A DNA stretch of 64,000 nucleotides from Mobula hypostoma (lineage: Eukaryota). Under the pieces are notes generated by a model. The model was not told where the DNA came from, ran no database searches, and saw nothing but the letters and a program-made list of their open reading frames with translations. The stretch is taken from assembly GCF_963921235.1 (NCBI RefSeq), contig NC_086108.1, positions 50,284,001-50,348,000 of the forward strand. The letters run 5' to 3'. The position numbers and the translations under genes were made by a program. Shown one piece after another: positions 25,176 through 38,416 of this stretch (its first letter is position 1; each line of letters begins with the position of its first letter).

Positions 25176-25756
25176 TGGGTTTATGCTCTATCATTACCCA
25201 GGTCTCTGTTATTACCACAATATTGTACTCCCATGCGGTTTTATGGACTAGCAGCTCAGCAATCCTGTTCGGAGTACTTCTTGCGTATACCTATGTAGAT
25301 ATTGTAAACCTACCCATTCCTTCCTATACTCTTACTCTATTCCTGTCTAAGAGCTTTTGATTGGCTTTATGTGTCAATGCAAGGAGCATTCGTAATAAGG
25401 TGGATGAATTGAAAGTGCAGATTGTTATTAATGATTATGATATAGTTGGGATCACAGAGACATGGCTCCAGGGTGACCAGGGATGGGAGCTCAACGTTCA
25501 GGGATATTCAATATTCAGGAGGGATAGACATGAAGGAAGGGGAGGTGGGGTGGCGTTGCTGGTTAAAGAAGAGATTAACGCAATAGAAAGGAAGGACATA
25601 AGCCGGGAAGATGTGGAATCGATATGGGTAGAGCTGCGTAACACTAAGGGGCAGAAGACGCTGGTGGGAGTTGTGTACAGGCCACCTAACAGTAGTAGTG
25701 AGGTCGGAGATGGTATTAAACAGGAAATTAGAAATGTGTGCAATAAAGGAACAGCA

Positions 25757-26657
25757 ACAACAATAAAGGAACGCCTCTTCCTATAGATGCTGCCTGGCCT
25801 GCTGCGTTCACCAGCAACTTTGATGTATGTTGCTTGAATTTCCAGCATCTGCAGAATTCCTGTTGTTTCCATGATAGAAAAGTTACCTTGATATCCTGAG
25901 AACTCCAGGTACTTTGAAGCCCACTTTAAGAAGAGATTCAGAGGTGACTTGGAGTACCCCCCATTCTTTGCCATATAATTTGTACAGTTGTCCTTGTAAT
26001 CCTGATGAAATGGGAGTTCCGATTCTGATTCTGATCTAGAAAGCCAAAACTGAGCAGTTTCATAAATGGCAAGAAAAAGAGCGGAGGATGTTCAGAGTCA
26101 GTAGTTGGGCTGTGTGGCTCATGGAATGAGCCTCATTAGTACTACTTCATAGCAATACCATGAGGAAAGAATATGTCACATTCGATGGAGGTGAACTATT
26201 TTCATCCCTGGTTGAAAATGCCACTCTTTCCAGCTGTGCAAGCAGGCTGTCGTGTTCAGATAATAAAGCATTTGGCAACAGTTAAATACTCAATCTAAGC
26301 ACTTCTGTCTGATAACCAAGTTAGTTTCTCACCAGGATACAGACATAAAATTAACTGTCTACCACCTCAAATCTAAATTTAAAGTCACCTGTCCAGCTCT
26401 TGGCTCCATCTAATCACCTGTCCAGCTCTTGGCTCCATCCCTCCCCCTCCTGTCTTCTCCTATCATTTTGGATCTCCCCCTCCCCCTCCCACTTTCAAAT
26501 CTCTTACTAACTCTTCCTTCAGTTAGTCCTGACGAAGGGTCTCGGCCTGAAACGTCGACTGCGCCTCTTCCTATAGATGCTGCCTGGCCTGCTGCGTTCA
26601 CCAGCAACTTTGATGTATGTTGCTTGAATTTCCAGCATCTGCAGAATTCCTGTTGTT
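25757..26657 (+). mobile_element. composite PLE-derived insertion with non-repeat cargo
   Basis: Identical 96-bp PLE ends at 25772-25867 and 26562-26657; cargo at 25868-26384; AGCA repeated at 25753-25756 and 26658-26661, restoring the CR1 frame KGTA|VIMGDF. Confidence 0.9.
26525..26560 (+). ncRNA. minimal type I hammerhead ribozyme (PLE-associated)
   Basis: Stem I AGTC/GACT; core CTGACGA; stem II GGGT-CTCG-GCCT; GAAAC; GTC cleavage triplet (cut after 26556); loopless palindromic stem III ACGT. Confidence 0.8.
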
Positions 26658-29222
26658 AGCAGTTATAATGGGTGACTTCAATCTACATGTAGATTGGGTG
26701 AACCAAATTGGTAAAGGTGCTGAGGAAGAGGATTTCTTGGAATGTATGCGGGATGGTTTTTTGAACCAACATGTTGAGGAACCAACTAGAGAGCAGGCTA
26801 TTCTGGACTGGGTTTTGAGCAATGAGGAAGGGTTAATTAGCAATCTTGTCGTGAGAGGCCCCTTGGGTAAGAGTGACCATAATATGGTGGAATTCTTCAT
26901 TAAGATGGAGAGTGACATAGTTAATTCAGAAACAAAGGTTCTGAACTTAAAGAGGGGTAACTTTGAAGGTATGAGACGTGAATTAGCTAAGATAGACTGG
27001 CAAATGACACTTAAAGGATTGATGGTGGATATGCAATGGCAAGCATTTAAAGGTTGCATGGATGAACTACAACAATTGTTCATCCCAGTTTGGCAAAAGA
27101 ATAAATCAAGGAAGGTAGTGCACCCGTGGCTGACAAGAGAAATTAGGGATAGTATCAATTCCAAAGAAGAAGCATACAAATTAGCCAGAGAAAGTGGCTC
27201 ACCTGAGGACTGGGAGAAATTCAGAGTTCAGCAGAGGAGGACAAAGGGCTTAATTAGGAAGGGGAAAAAAGATTATGAGAGAAAACTGGCAGGGAACATA
27301 AAAACGGACTGTAAAAGCTTTTATAGATATGTAAAAAGGAAAAGACTGGTAAAGACAAATGTAGGTCCCCTGCAGACAGAAACAGGTGAATTGATTATGG
27401 GGAGCAAGGACATGGCAGACCAATTGAATAATTACTTTGGTTCTGTCTTCACTAAGGAGGACATAAATAATCTTCCAGAAATAGTAGGGGACAGAGGGTC
27501 CAGTGAGATGGAGGAACTGAGCGAAATACATGTTAGTAGGGAAGTGGTGTTAGGTAAATTGAAGGGATTGACGGCAGATAAATCCCCAGGGCCAGATGGT
27601 CTGCATCCTAGAGTGCTTAAGGAAGTAGCCCAAGAAATAGTGGATGCATTAGTGATAATTTTTCAAAACTCGTTAGATTCTGGACTAGTTCCTGAGGATT
27701 GGAGGGTGGCTAATGTAACTCCACTTTTTAAAAAAGGAGGGAGAGAGAAACCAGGGAATTATAGACCGGTTAGCCTAATGTCGGTGGTGGGGAAGCTGCT
27801 GGAGTCAGTTATCAAGGATGTGATAACAGCACATTTGGAAAGCGGTGAAATGATTGGACAAAGTCAGCATGGATTTGTGAAAGGAAAATCATGTCTGACG
27901 AATCTCATAGAATTTTTTGAGGATGTAACTAGTAGGGTGGATAGGGGAGAACCAGTGGATGTGGTATATTTGGATTTTCAAAAGGCTTTTGACAAGGTCC
28001 CACACAGGAGATTAGTGTGCAAACTTAAAGCACACGGTATTGGGGGTAAGGTATTGGTGTGGGTGGAGAATTGGTTAGCAGACAGGAAGCAAAGAGTGGG
28101 AATAAACGGGACCTTTTCAGAATGGCAGGCGGTGACTAGTGGGGTACCGCAAGGCTCAGTGCTGGGACCCCAGTTGTTTACAATATATATTAATGACTTG
28201 GATGAGGGAATTAAATGCAGCATCTCCAAGTTTGCAGATGACACGAAGCTGGGTGGCAGTGTTAGCTGTGAGGAGGATGCTAAGAGGATGCAGGGTGACT
28301 TGGATAGGTTGGATGAGTGGGCAAATTCATGGCAGATGCAATTTAATGTGGATAAATGTGAAGTTATCCACTTTGGTGGCAAAAATAGGAAAACAGATTA
28401 TTATCTGAATGGTGGCTGATTAGGAAAAGGGGAGGTGCAACGAGACCTGGATGTCATTATACACCAGTCATTGAAAGTGAGCATGCAGGTACAGCAGGCG
28501 GTGAAAAAGGCGAATGGTATGCTGGCATTTATAGCGAGAGGATTCGAGTACAGGAGCAGGGAGGTACTACTGCAGTTGTACAAGGCCTTGGTGAGACCAC
28601 ACCTGGAGTATTGTGTGCAGTTTTGGTCCCTTAATCTGAGGAAAGACATCCTTGCCATAGAGGGAGTACAAAGAAGGTTCACCAGATTGATTCCTGGGAT
28701 GGCAGGACTTTCATATGAAGAAAGACTGGATGAACTGGGCTTGTACTTGTTGGAATTTAGAAGATTGAGGGGGGATCTGATTGAAACGTATAAGATCCTA
28801 AAGGGATTGGACAGGCTCGATGCAGGAAGATTGTTCACGATGTTGGGGAAGTCCAGAACGAGGGGCCACAGTTTGAGGATCGAGGGGAAGCCTTTTAGGA
28901 CCGAGATTAGGAAAAACTTCTTCACACAGAGAGTGGTGAATCTGTGGAATTCTCTGCCACAGGTAACAGTTGAGGCCAGTTCATAGGCTATATTTAAGAG
29001 GGAGTTAGATATGGCCCTTGTGGCTACGAGGGTCAGGGGGTATGGAGGGAAGGCTGGGGTGGGGTTCTGAGTTGGAGGATCAGCCATGATCATAATAAAT
29101 GGCGGTGCAGGCTCGAAGGGCCGAATGGCCTACTCCTGCACCTATTTTCTATGTTTCTATGTTTCTATGATTTCTTGTTCGAGTTCTACTTCTCTCCCTC
29201 TGTCCTTTTACACCCATGTCTC

Positions 29223-30410
29223 ATAGAAACATAGAAAACCTACAGCACAATACAGGCCCTTCGGCCCACAATGCTGTGCCGAACATGTACTTACTTTAGA
29301 AATTACCTAGGGTTACCCATAGCCCTCTATTTTTCTAATCTCCATGTACCTATCCAGGAGTCTCTTAAAAGGCCCTCTTGTTTCCGTCTCCATCACTGTC
29401 ACCGCAACCGATTCCATGCACTCACCACTCTCTGCGTAAAACTTACCCCTGACATCTCCTGTGTACCTACTTCCAAGCACCTTAAAACTATGTCCTCTTG
29501 TGTTAGCCACTTCAGCCCGGGGAAAAAGCCTCTGACTTTTAACTGACACAATCAATACCTCTCATCATCTTATGCACTTCTGTCAGGTCACATCTCATCC
29601 TCCGTCGCTCCAAGGAGAAAAGGCCAAGTTCACTCAACCTATTCTCATGAGGCATGCTCCCCAATCCAGGCAACATCCTTGTAAATCTCCTCTGCACCCT
29701 TTCTATAGTTTTCATGTCCTTACTGTAATGAGGTGACCAGAACTGAGGACAGTACTCTATGTGGGGTCTGATCAGGGTCCTATCTAGCTGTAACATTACC
29801 TCTTGGCTCTTGAACTCAATCCAATGGTTGATGAAGGCCAATACACCGTATACCTTCTTAACCACACAGTCAACCTGCGCAGCAGCTTTGAGTGTCCTAT
29901 GGACTCAGACCCCAAGATCCCTCTGATCCTCCACACTGCCAAGAGTCTTACCATTAATACTATATTCTGCCATCATATTTGACCTACTAAAATGGACCAT
30001 CTCACACTTATCTGGGTTGAACTCCATCTGCCACTTCTCAGCCCACAATGTCCTTTCAATGTCCCACTGTAACCTCTGACAGCCCTCTACACTATCCACA
30101 ACAACCCCAACCTTTGAGTCATCAGCAAATTTACTAACTGATCCCTCTACTTCCTTATCCAGGTCATTTATAAAAATCACAAAGAGAAGGGGTACCAGAA
30201 CAGATCCCTGAGGCACACCACTGGTCACCGACCTCCATACAGAATATGACCACTTTTTGCCTTCTGTGGGCAAGCCAATCATGGATCCACAAAGCAAGAT
30301 CCCCTTGGATCCCACGCTGCCTTACTTTCTCAATAAGCCTGGCATGGGGTACCTTATCAAATGCCTTGCTGAAATCCATATACACTACATCTACTGCTCT
30401 ACCTTCATCC
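29223..30410 (-). mobile_element. CR1 LINE 3' part
   Basis: YMDFSKAFDKVPH, GVPQGS, FADD and HIEYC.QFWSP; CATAGAAA tail at 29222-29237. Confidence 0.93.
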
Positions 30411-32462
30411 TTATTAATGCTGTTGTCTGGTATACACTCCCCTTCTAAATTAGTTTAAAACTTCTTACAAATCTACCCATGAGGACATTGGTTCCAGCCT
30501 GTGCACTGCAGTGTAGTGTATCCAGCCGGTACAGGCCCTGTCTCCCCAGGGTTGGTTTCAATGCCTAGGGCTATAAAGTACTCCCTCCTGTTCTCCTACC
30601 GTTCCTCATAAAACCAACTGGCAAAGGACTTTGTATTGAAAATTCTGGGTGCACTTACCATTCAATTTATAGAAAGAAAACTGCTCACCTTTGCCCATCA
30701 GTTTTAGAAATACTTAATCTTCTCAACTGTACAGGTTTGTCAATTAGTCCTGACTTGCCTCCTTCTGAATTTTCCACTATTTCACAATTTCACTCATTTT
30801 TCTCTACACTTTTTGAAGGACTCAGGCAAAAGGTATTTCATGTGATTCAGCCACAGAATATGCATGAGCAGCTTGAAAATGAAATTCAGTCAACCCTACT
30901 TTCTAAACTCATCCCAGGAATTGGACGTGTGGACACAGAAATTCCACAGACTTTGCTAGTGATTGATAGGTAGCATTGCAAATTGATTATTGGATGTAAA
31001 ATTACAAAGATATAGGATGAGCTTAGGTGAAAGAGAAAAACTAAACAAATGAATTTCAATGTGGGCAACTTTGACTTTGGTCGCTTTGTAATTGGAAACG
31101 ACATGTCAGAGTACTTTCAAAGCAATGAAGCAGTGCAGAACCAAGGAGACTTAGGCAATCTATGTAAATACAGTAGGTCAATAACATTAATAGATTGACA
31201 ATGTGAAGTGGTTTTGTTGCTTGATCTCACTGGTAGCTACCCTCCAGGTAGCAGAGGATATTAATTTGCTCATTTACGCATTTGATTAGTTAATCTCAGT
31301 ATCAGTGCAGCTATAACATCCTGTCCTGCTTACTAACTGGAAGAAAATATGGTATCCTTACTTGGTCCATTCCACACATCATTTTAGATCCAAGATAATG
31401 CAGTTAGCTAATTTATGAATCCTGAATTGGCCTGTAAAACTACCACAAACTAGCAAGTTTAAAGCTAAATGTCCGCTGTCAATATGGACGCAAGCAAAGG
31501 ATACCAAGCTCATTCACCATGCAAAATCTTCCACTTGGCAACATGTCAATATTGGGAGAGCTGGAGCTTCTTCGGTGCAATTTATTTAACAGTTAGTCCT
31601 CCCATTGTGGCAGTAGTGGATCTAAAATGAGAACCGAAAAGATTTCATTTAGCAATGTTCTCTGTTCTGAGGTGTTCACTGTGTAATTATGACCATAAGG
31701 CTGGTCTAAGGGTCAATATCTATAAAATAAGAGAAATCATTTACCCCTCCAAACTCCACTTCCCGCCCCTACCCTCACCCTGGCGATATATCGAACATCT
31801 CAGAATGGTCTGCTTATGACAACTATGCTGAGACAATTTGATTTCTCATTGGCTTTTGCATCTAGCAGAGGTGATAGAAATTGTCACCCATCTGAAGCAA
31901 AATCAAAAGAACCCCATCATGGAGACCCAGTTAATTCCATATTTTCTTATTATCAGATCTTCAACTTCATCTGATCTGTACAGAGAAGGTTTCATAGGAA
32001 GTTTCATCCTCTTCTGTTGCAGCCACTTCCCGTGCCTATCACTACAGGTTTCTCAGATAATCTTCATGTTTGCTTATCAGCGTTAACATTCATAATCAAT
32101 TAGCTCATATCAAATTTCTTTATATGTACTCTACAGTTTTTAAACTCAAGGAAATCACAGATGAAAATCTTGTGGAGATTAAAATATTGCTATTATTTGA
32201 TCAGGTAAAACACCCAAAGAAGAAACTCTGATCAATAAGGGGTAATCCTGAAATTAAAACCAGGACAACCGGGGTGAAGCAAGTACATACATTTTCTGCA
32301 CAAACCAGTAGTTGTTCAGAATTCTCTCCTCTAAAAGAATGTTGATACAGTACTATGACAGTTGAAATGATGAATAGGTTCATGTTCTGGGGATATGGAG
32401 CAAGGGTGAATAAATGGAGTTAATGTGCAAGTCTACCATGATGTAAAAGAATAGCAGAACAT

Positions 32463-35425
32463 TAGAAACATAGAAAACCTACAGCATAATACAGGCCTTT
32501 TGGCCCACACAGCTGTGCCGAACATGTCCCTACCTTAGAACTACCTAGGCTTTACCTATAGCCCTCTATTTTTCTAAGCTCCATGTAACCATTCAGGAGT
32601 CTCTTAAAAGACCCTTTCATTTCTGCCTCCACCACCGTCACTGGCAGCCCATTCCACACATTCACTACTCTCTGCGTAAAAAACTTACCCCTGACATCTC
32701 TGTACCTACTTCCAAGCACCTTAAAACAATCCCTTCTCGAATTAGCCATTTCAGCCCTGGGGAAAAGCCTCTGACTATCCACATGATCAATGCCTGTCAT
32801 TATCTTGAACACCTCTATCAGGTCACCTCTCATCCTCTGTTGCTCCAAGGAGAAAAGGCCGAGTTCACTCAACCTATTCTCATAAGGCATTCTCCCCAAT
32901 CCAGGCAACAGCCTTGTAAATCTCCTCTACACACTTTCAGTGGTTTCCACGTCCTTCTTGTAGTGAGGCGACCAGAAACAAGCACAGTACTCCAAGTGGG
33001 GTCTGACCAGAATCCTATATAGCTGCAACATTACCTCTCGTCTCCTAAGCCCGTCTACAACCACTGTGTGCCTTCTGTGGGCAAGCCAGTTCTGGATCCA
33101 CAAAGCAATGTCCCCTTGGATCCCATGCCTCCTTACTTTCTCAATACGCCTTGCATGGGGTACTTTATCAAATGCCTTGCTAAAATCCATGTACACTACA
33201 TCTACGGCTCTACCTTCATCAATATGTTTAGTCACATCCTCAAAAAATTCTATCAGGCTCGTAAGGCATGACCTGCCTTTGACAAAGCCATGCTGACTAT
33301 TCCTAATCATATTATGCCTCTTCAAATGTTCATAAATCTTGCCTCCCAGGATCTTTTCCATCAACTTACCACCCACTGAAGTAAGACTCACTGGCCTATA
33401 GTTTCCTGAGCTATCCCTACTCCCTTTCTTGAATAAGGGAACAACATCCGCAAACCTCCAATCCTCTGCAACCCCTCCTGTCCTCATTGATGATGCAAAG
33501 ATCATTGCCAGAGGCTCAGCAATCTCCTCCCTCACTTCCCACAGTAGTCTGGGGTACATTCCGTCCGGTCCCGGTGATTTATCTAACTTGATGCTTTCCA
33601 AAAGCTCCAGCACATCCTCTTCCTTAATATCTACATGCTCAAAGTTTTCAGTCCACTGCAAGTCATCCCTACAATCGCCAAGATCCTTTTTCATAGTGAC
33701 TACTAAAGTACCTTGCTATTTCCTCCGATTCCATACACACTTTTCCACTGTCACACTTGATTGGTCCTATTCTCTCATGTCTTATCCTCTTGCTCTTCAC
33801 GTACTTGTAGAATGCCTTGGGGTTTTCCTTAATCCTGTTCGCCAAGGCCTTCTCATGGCCCCTTCTGGTTCTCCTAATTTCATTCTTAAACTCCTTCCTG
33901 CTAGCCTTATAATCTTTTAGATTCCTATCATTACCTAGTTTTTTGAACCTCTTGTAAGCTCTCCTTTTCTTCTTGACTAGATTTACCACACAGCCTTTGT
34001 ACACCACGGATCTTGTATCCTTTCCATGTTTCATTGGAACGTACCTACTCAGAACTGCACGCAAATATCCCCTGAACATTTGCCATATTTCTTCCATACA
34101 TTTCCCTGAGAACATCTGTTTCCAATTTATGCTTCCAAATTCCTGCCTGATAGCCTCATATTTCCCCTTACTCCAATTAGTTTCCCTAACTTGTCTGTTC
34201 CTATCCCTCTCCAATGCTATGGTAATGGAGATAGAATTGTGATTACGATCTCCAAAATGCTCTCCCACTGAGAGACCTGACACTTGACCATGTTCATTTC
34301 CCAATGCCAGATCAAGTACAGCCTCTCGTCTTGTAGGCTTATCTACATATAGTGTCAATAAACCTTACTGAACACACCTAACAAACTCTACCCCATCTAA
34401 ACCCCTCACTCTAGGGAGATGCCAATCAGTATTTGGGAAATTAAAATCTCCCACCACAACAATACTGTTATTATCACTCCTTTCCAGAATCTGTCTCCCT
34501 ATCTGCTCCTGGACATCCCTGTTACTATTGGGTGGTCTATAAAAAACACCCAGCAGAGTTATTGACCCCTTCCTATTCCTAACTTCCACCCACAGAGACT
34601 CCATAGACAACCCCTCCATGACTTCTTCCTTTTCTGCAGCCATGACACTATCTCTGATCAACAGTGCCACACCCCCACCTCTTTTGCCTCCCTCCCTATC
34701 CTTTCTGAAACATCTAAAGCCTGGCACTTGAAGTAGCCATTCCCGCCCCTGCACCATCCAAGTCTCTGTAATGGCCACAACATCATAACTCCAATTGCTG
34801 ATCCACGCTCTAAGCTCATCCGCTTTATTCATAATACTCCTTGCATTAAAATAGACACATCTCAAGCCATCGGTCTGAGTGCGTCCCTCCTCTATCACCT
34901 GCCTATCCTCCCTTTCGCACTGTTATCCAAGCTTTCTCTATTTGTGAGCCAACCTCCCTTTCCTCCGTCACTTCAGTTCGGTTCCCACCCCTCAGCAATT
35001 CCAGTTTAAACTCTCCCCAATAGCCTTAGCAAACCTTCTGGCCAGGATGTTGGTCCCCCTCAGATTCAAGTGCAACCCGTCCTTTTTGTACAGGTCACAC
35101 CTGCCCCAGGAGAGATCCCAATGATCCCTGAATCCCTGCCCCCTGCTCCAATCCCTTAGCCACACATTAATCCTCCATCTCATTCCATTGCTATACTCAC
35201 TGTCACGTGGCATAGACAGTAATCCCGAGATTACTACCTTTGAGGTCCTGCTTCTCAACTTCCTTCCTAACTCCTTGTAGTCTGTTTTCAGGACCTCCTC
35301 CCTTTTCCTACCGATGTCGTTGGTACCAATATGTACCACAACCCCTGGCTGTTCTCCTTCCCAGTTCAGGATATCGTGGACGCGATTAGAAACATCCCGG
35401 ACCCTGGCATCTGGGAGGCAAACAT
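32463..35425 (-). mobile_element. CR1 LINE (ORF1 esterase part, APE, RT with internal deletion near 33050)
   Basis: VHIGTNDIG, DGLHLN; NARSI, ITETW, YRPP, GDFN; KSPGPDG, DFSKAFD; junction VVVDG|LRRREVML skips the FADD region; CR1 tail. Confidence 0.94.
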
Positions 35426-35903
35426 TCTCAAGTAGCTAAATTACCTATTTCTAATTTCCTACAAGTCTCTATAGATTCTCTCTTCTTCATTCACTCTGAA
35501 GTAGCAGTAGCTATTTCTTCACAATCCTCACTCATATTGCCATTCTAATACTGAGATAGCTTATGCCCAAAGTGGTTATTCAGTCTTGCCTGTAGAAAAC
35601 AGGAAGGGAAAAAAATTGAGTCAGTCTAGGTAATCAATTTAGGCTCTTCCGTAATGCAAACAGAACAACTTTCTTTCCAGTGGAAGATGAGTCACGCTCT
35701 TACCTTGTGTGAGCTGAATCTGAGATGCATTCCAGAATTCCATTCTTGTTTCAACAAGAAACTGACACGATCAGCTCAACTTAGACTCAAATCAAAACGC
35801 TGCAGATACTGGAAAACTGAAATATAATTAAATAAAAATAAATAAAATGAAGTAAAGAAGTAAAATAAAATAATTCAGAATAAATATGAAAAAAACAGAA
35901 ATA

Positions 35904-36285
35904 CAGTGGATTCCGGTTAATTAGGATACATTTTGGCCCAATTAAGCATCTGCTCCAATTAGCCAAAGTTTCATGGAAATAGTTAAAAAGATATAAAGGG
36001 ACAGACTTAGTAACAAATTACATATTTAAATGAAATACAGAACAAATTAGGACACTACCTATGATCCTATAAAATTGTGTATTGGTTTCTAATAATTATC
36101 GATGGAAGAATTCACCTAGTATATGCTGCTGTGTTCTTTCGTTTGACTGTAAATGAGCCAAAGCAATGCAGGGACCCAATATAGATAATGGACTGCCTTT
36201 GTACAATGCTATCAATGATTACAACCTTGCCAATTTCCAGTCTCATTGTAACATTCAAAATGAGTGTCAGTATCTTCAAAGGTCA
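35904..36285. mobile_element. probable pogo/Tigger-like DNA transposon remnant
   Basis: TA|CAGTGGATTCCGGTTAATT start with subterminal CCAATTA repeats; the other TIR was not found. Confidence 0.4.
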
Positions 36286-36830
36286 CAACAGATAGGTATC
36301 ACAAATTTTCATTCCATCTGCTCTAAATTCTCTGGAAAATTATGAAATCTTTTGTTCCAGGAAGAGTTTTGATCCCTTCTCCATTTCAGTCACCAGCAAA
36401 TCATCCTTCCACCCACACATTATTATGCGTCTACAACAAAAAATAATTCTCTTCCTTTTCCCTTACCACAATACATATTTATCTTTTGGGTCAGCAACAT
36501 TGTCTTGTCTATTATAGCTCAAGTTGTCTGGAGCAGAAATCTTCATTCATACTCTTTGTTTTCTTTAGCTCTGACTATTTCAACACATTCCTGCTCTAAC
36601 TTCCTTCTTTCTACTCCTCTAAACATCTTGGCTTACTCCAAATACTATTCAGACAATACCCATGAATTCATTGACCTATATTTTCACCCCAGTTCAGAAA
36701 CATTTTGATTTTACAATTCTCAGCTTTGTTTCCAAATTCCTACACCTGTGCCTTAAGCCATACATCGCTCCAAGCTTTCTAAGCCCACCCAGGTGTGGCT
36801 TGTTGCACTCTCTGTATTCTTTTTTTTTGA

Positions 36831-36900
36831 CATGTGCCTGCGTACGTGTGAGTCTGTGCGTCTGCATCTGTGTGTGTGTGCGTGTGTGTCTGTGTGTGTT
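36831..36900. repeat. imperfect (TG)n microsatellite
   Basis: tgtgcctgcgtacgtgtg...tgtgtgtgtgcgtgtgtgtctgtgtgtg. Confidence 0.8.
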
Positions 36901-36999
36901 TTGTTTCAAAATAATCTACTGGATGTTAGGGACACCTGAGCCTTATTTAATTAAAATGGGCTACTTCACTAGATCACAGGAAAAGTAACGGGCTGTTAG

Positions 37000-37645
37000 T
37001 AATTGCAAATGGAGTTCATCATGGAAACGTGTGAAGTAATTCATTTCGGAAGGTAGACTTTGAAGGTAGAATACAGAGTTAATGGCAGGATACTTAGCAT
37101 TGTGGAGGGACAGAGGGAGCTTGGATCCATGTCCATAGATCCCTCAACGTTGCTGCTCAAATTGACAGGGTTGTTAATAAGGCATGTGTAGGCCTTCATT
37201 AGTCAGGGGATTGATTTCATGAGCCATGAGTTAATGTTGCAGCTCTCTTAAAAACCTGGTTAGAACACTTTTGGAATATTTCGTTCAGTTCTGGTTGCCT
37301 CATTATAGGAAGGATATAGAAGATTCAGAGACAGTTCAGATGAGATTTACCAGAATACTGCTTGTATTAGCATGTCTTCTGAGGACAGTTTGAGTGAGCT
37401 AAGGCTTTTCTTTTTGAAGCAAAAGTGAATGAGAGGTGATTTGATCAAGGTATACAAGATGTTAAGAGGTATTGTCCAAGTGGACAGCCAGAAACATTTT
37501 CCCAGGGCAGAAATGGCTAATAGAAGGGGGAAATAATTTTAAGGTGATTGGGGAAAAGTACAGGAGGAATGTCAGAGGTAAGTTTTTAAACAGAGACTGG
37601 TGGGTGCGTGGAATGAGCTGCTAAGGGAAATAGTAGAGACAGATA
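37000..37645 (+). mobile_element. CR1 3' fragment, decayed
   Basis: QMEF..ETCEVIHFG and QFWLPHYRKD motifs. Confidence 0.8.
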
Positions 37646-38027
37646 TGTCATCCAGTAATGGGTATGTCATTCAGTGATAGACAACTCACTTTCAGAATAG
37701 TGTAAAAGGATGTGGGCATGTAGTAGGACATTAAACAGCTCTCATTATAGCAGAGGATGTCTTAATGTGCATATTGGTAGACAAATCTCTAGAGTCAGAT
37801 CAAGCATATTCAAGAACATTGTGGGAAGTTAGAGAAGAAAGTGTGGGATCCCTGGCAGAGAAATGCATCATTGTTAGTGACAGGTAAAGTGCCAGTAGCT
37901 AATGTTTTGCTTTTATTTAAGCAAGGCTGCAAAGAAAAATCTGGGAACTATAGATCAACATATATAAGCTCAACATCTCTGGTAGCCAAGTTACTAGAGG
38001 GAATTCTGAGGGATAAGATGCAACAAG

Positions 38028-38212
38028 AGTTTATTTTTATTTTATTTTATTTTATTTGGTGATACAGTACGGAGTAGGCCCTTCCATCCCTTTGAGTCAT
38101 GCTGCCCCGGCAACTCCTCAGCGCTGATTAACCCTAACCTAATCATGGGACAATTTACAATGACCAATTAATGTACCCAATACACCTTTGGACGGTAGGA
38201 GGAAACCAGGGC
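38028..38212 (-). mobile_element. V-SINE 3' half
   Basis: Reverse-complement similarity to 48040-48210; (TTTTA)n tail. Confidence 0.65.
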
Positions 38213-38337
38213 ATAGAAGGACAATGGTTAATTAGGGATAGTCAGCACGACTTGGTGAATGGGGGATCATGAATTTGACATTTTGAAGAAGTAACCAAGA
38301 AGGTTGATATGGACAGGGTGCTAGGCTTAGTCTATAT

Positions 38338-38416
38338 CAGGGGTTCCCAAGCTGGGGTCCACAGATCCTTCGGTAAATAGTAGGGTCCATGGCATAAGAA
38401 AGGTTGGGAACCCCTG
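38338..38416. mobile_element. 79-bp hAT MITE
   Basis: 13-bp TIR CAGGGGTTCCCAA/TTGGGAACCCCTG; perfect 8-bp TSD GTCTATAT at 38330-38337 and 38417-38424. Confidence 0.92.

Larger units (their letters stand above)
22880..25345 (-). mobile_element. old CR1 ORF2 (APE side) interrupted by younger insertions
   Basis: The reverse strand gives EYNIVVITETW near 25200-25232; heavily decayed. Confidence 0.5.
25362..29169 (+). mobile_element. young CR1 LINE with near-complete ORF2 (APE plus RT), split by an insertion at 25757-26657
   Basis: NARSIRNK, GITETWL, GGGVAL, VYRPP | VIMGDF, SDH, YLDFQKAFD, GVPQGS, FADD. Only two stops (28417-19 and 28984-86); (TTTCTATG)n tail. Confidence 0.96.

Noticed and set aside
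25996..26030. Hammerhead in the cargo (AATC-CTGATGA...GATT)
   Set aside because: No GAAA core after the putative stem II.
26617..28419. 600-aa ORF as an intact host or novel gene
   Set aside because: It is CR1 ORF2; its first roughly 14 residues come from the inserted PLE end.
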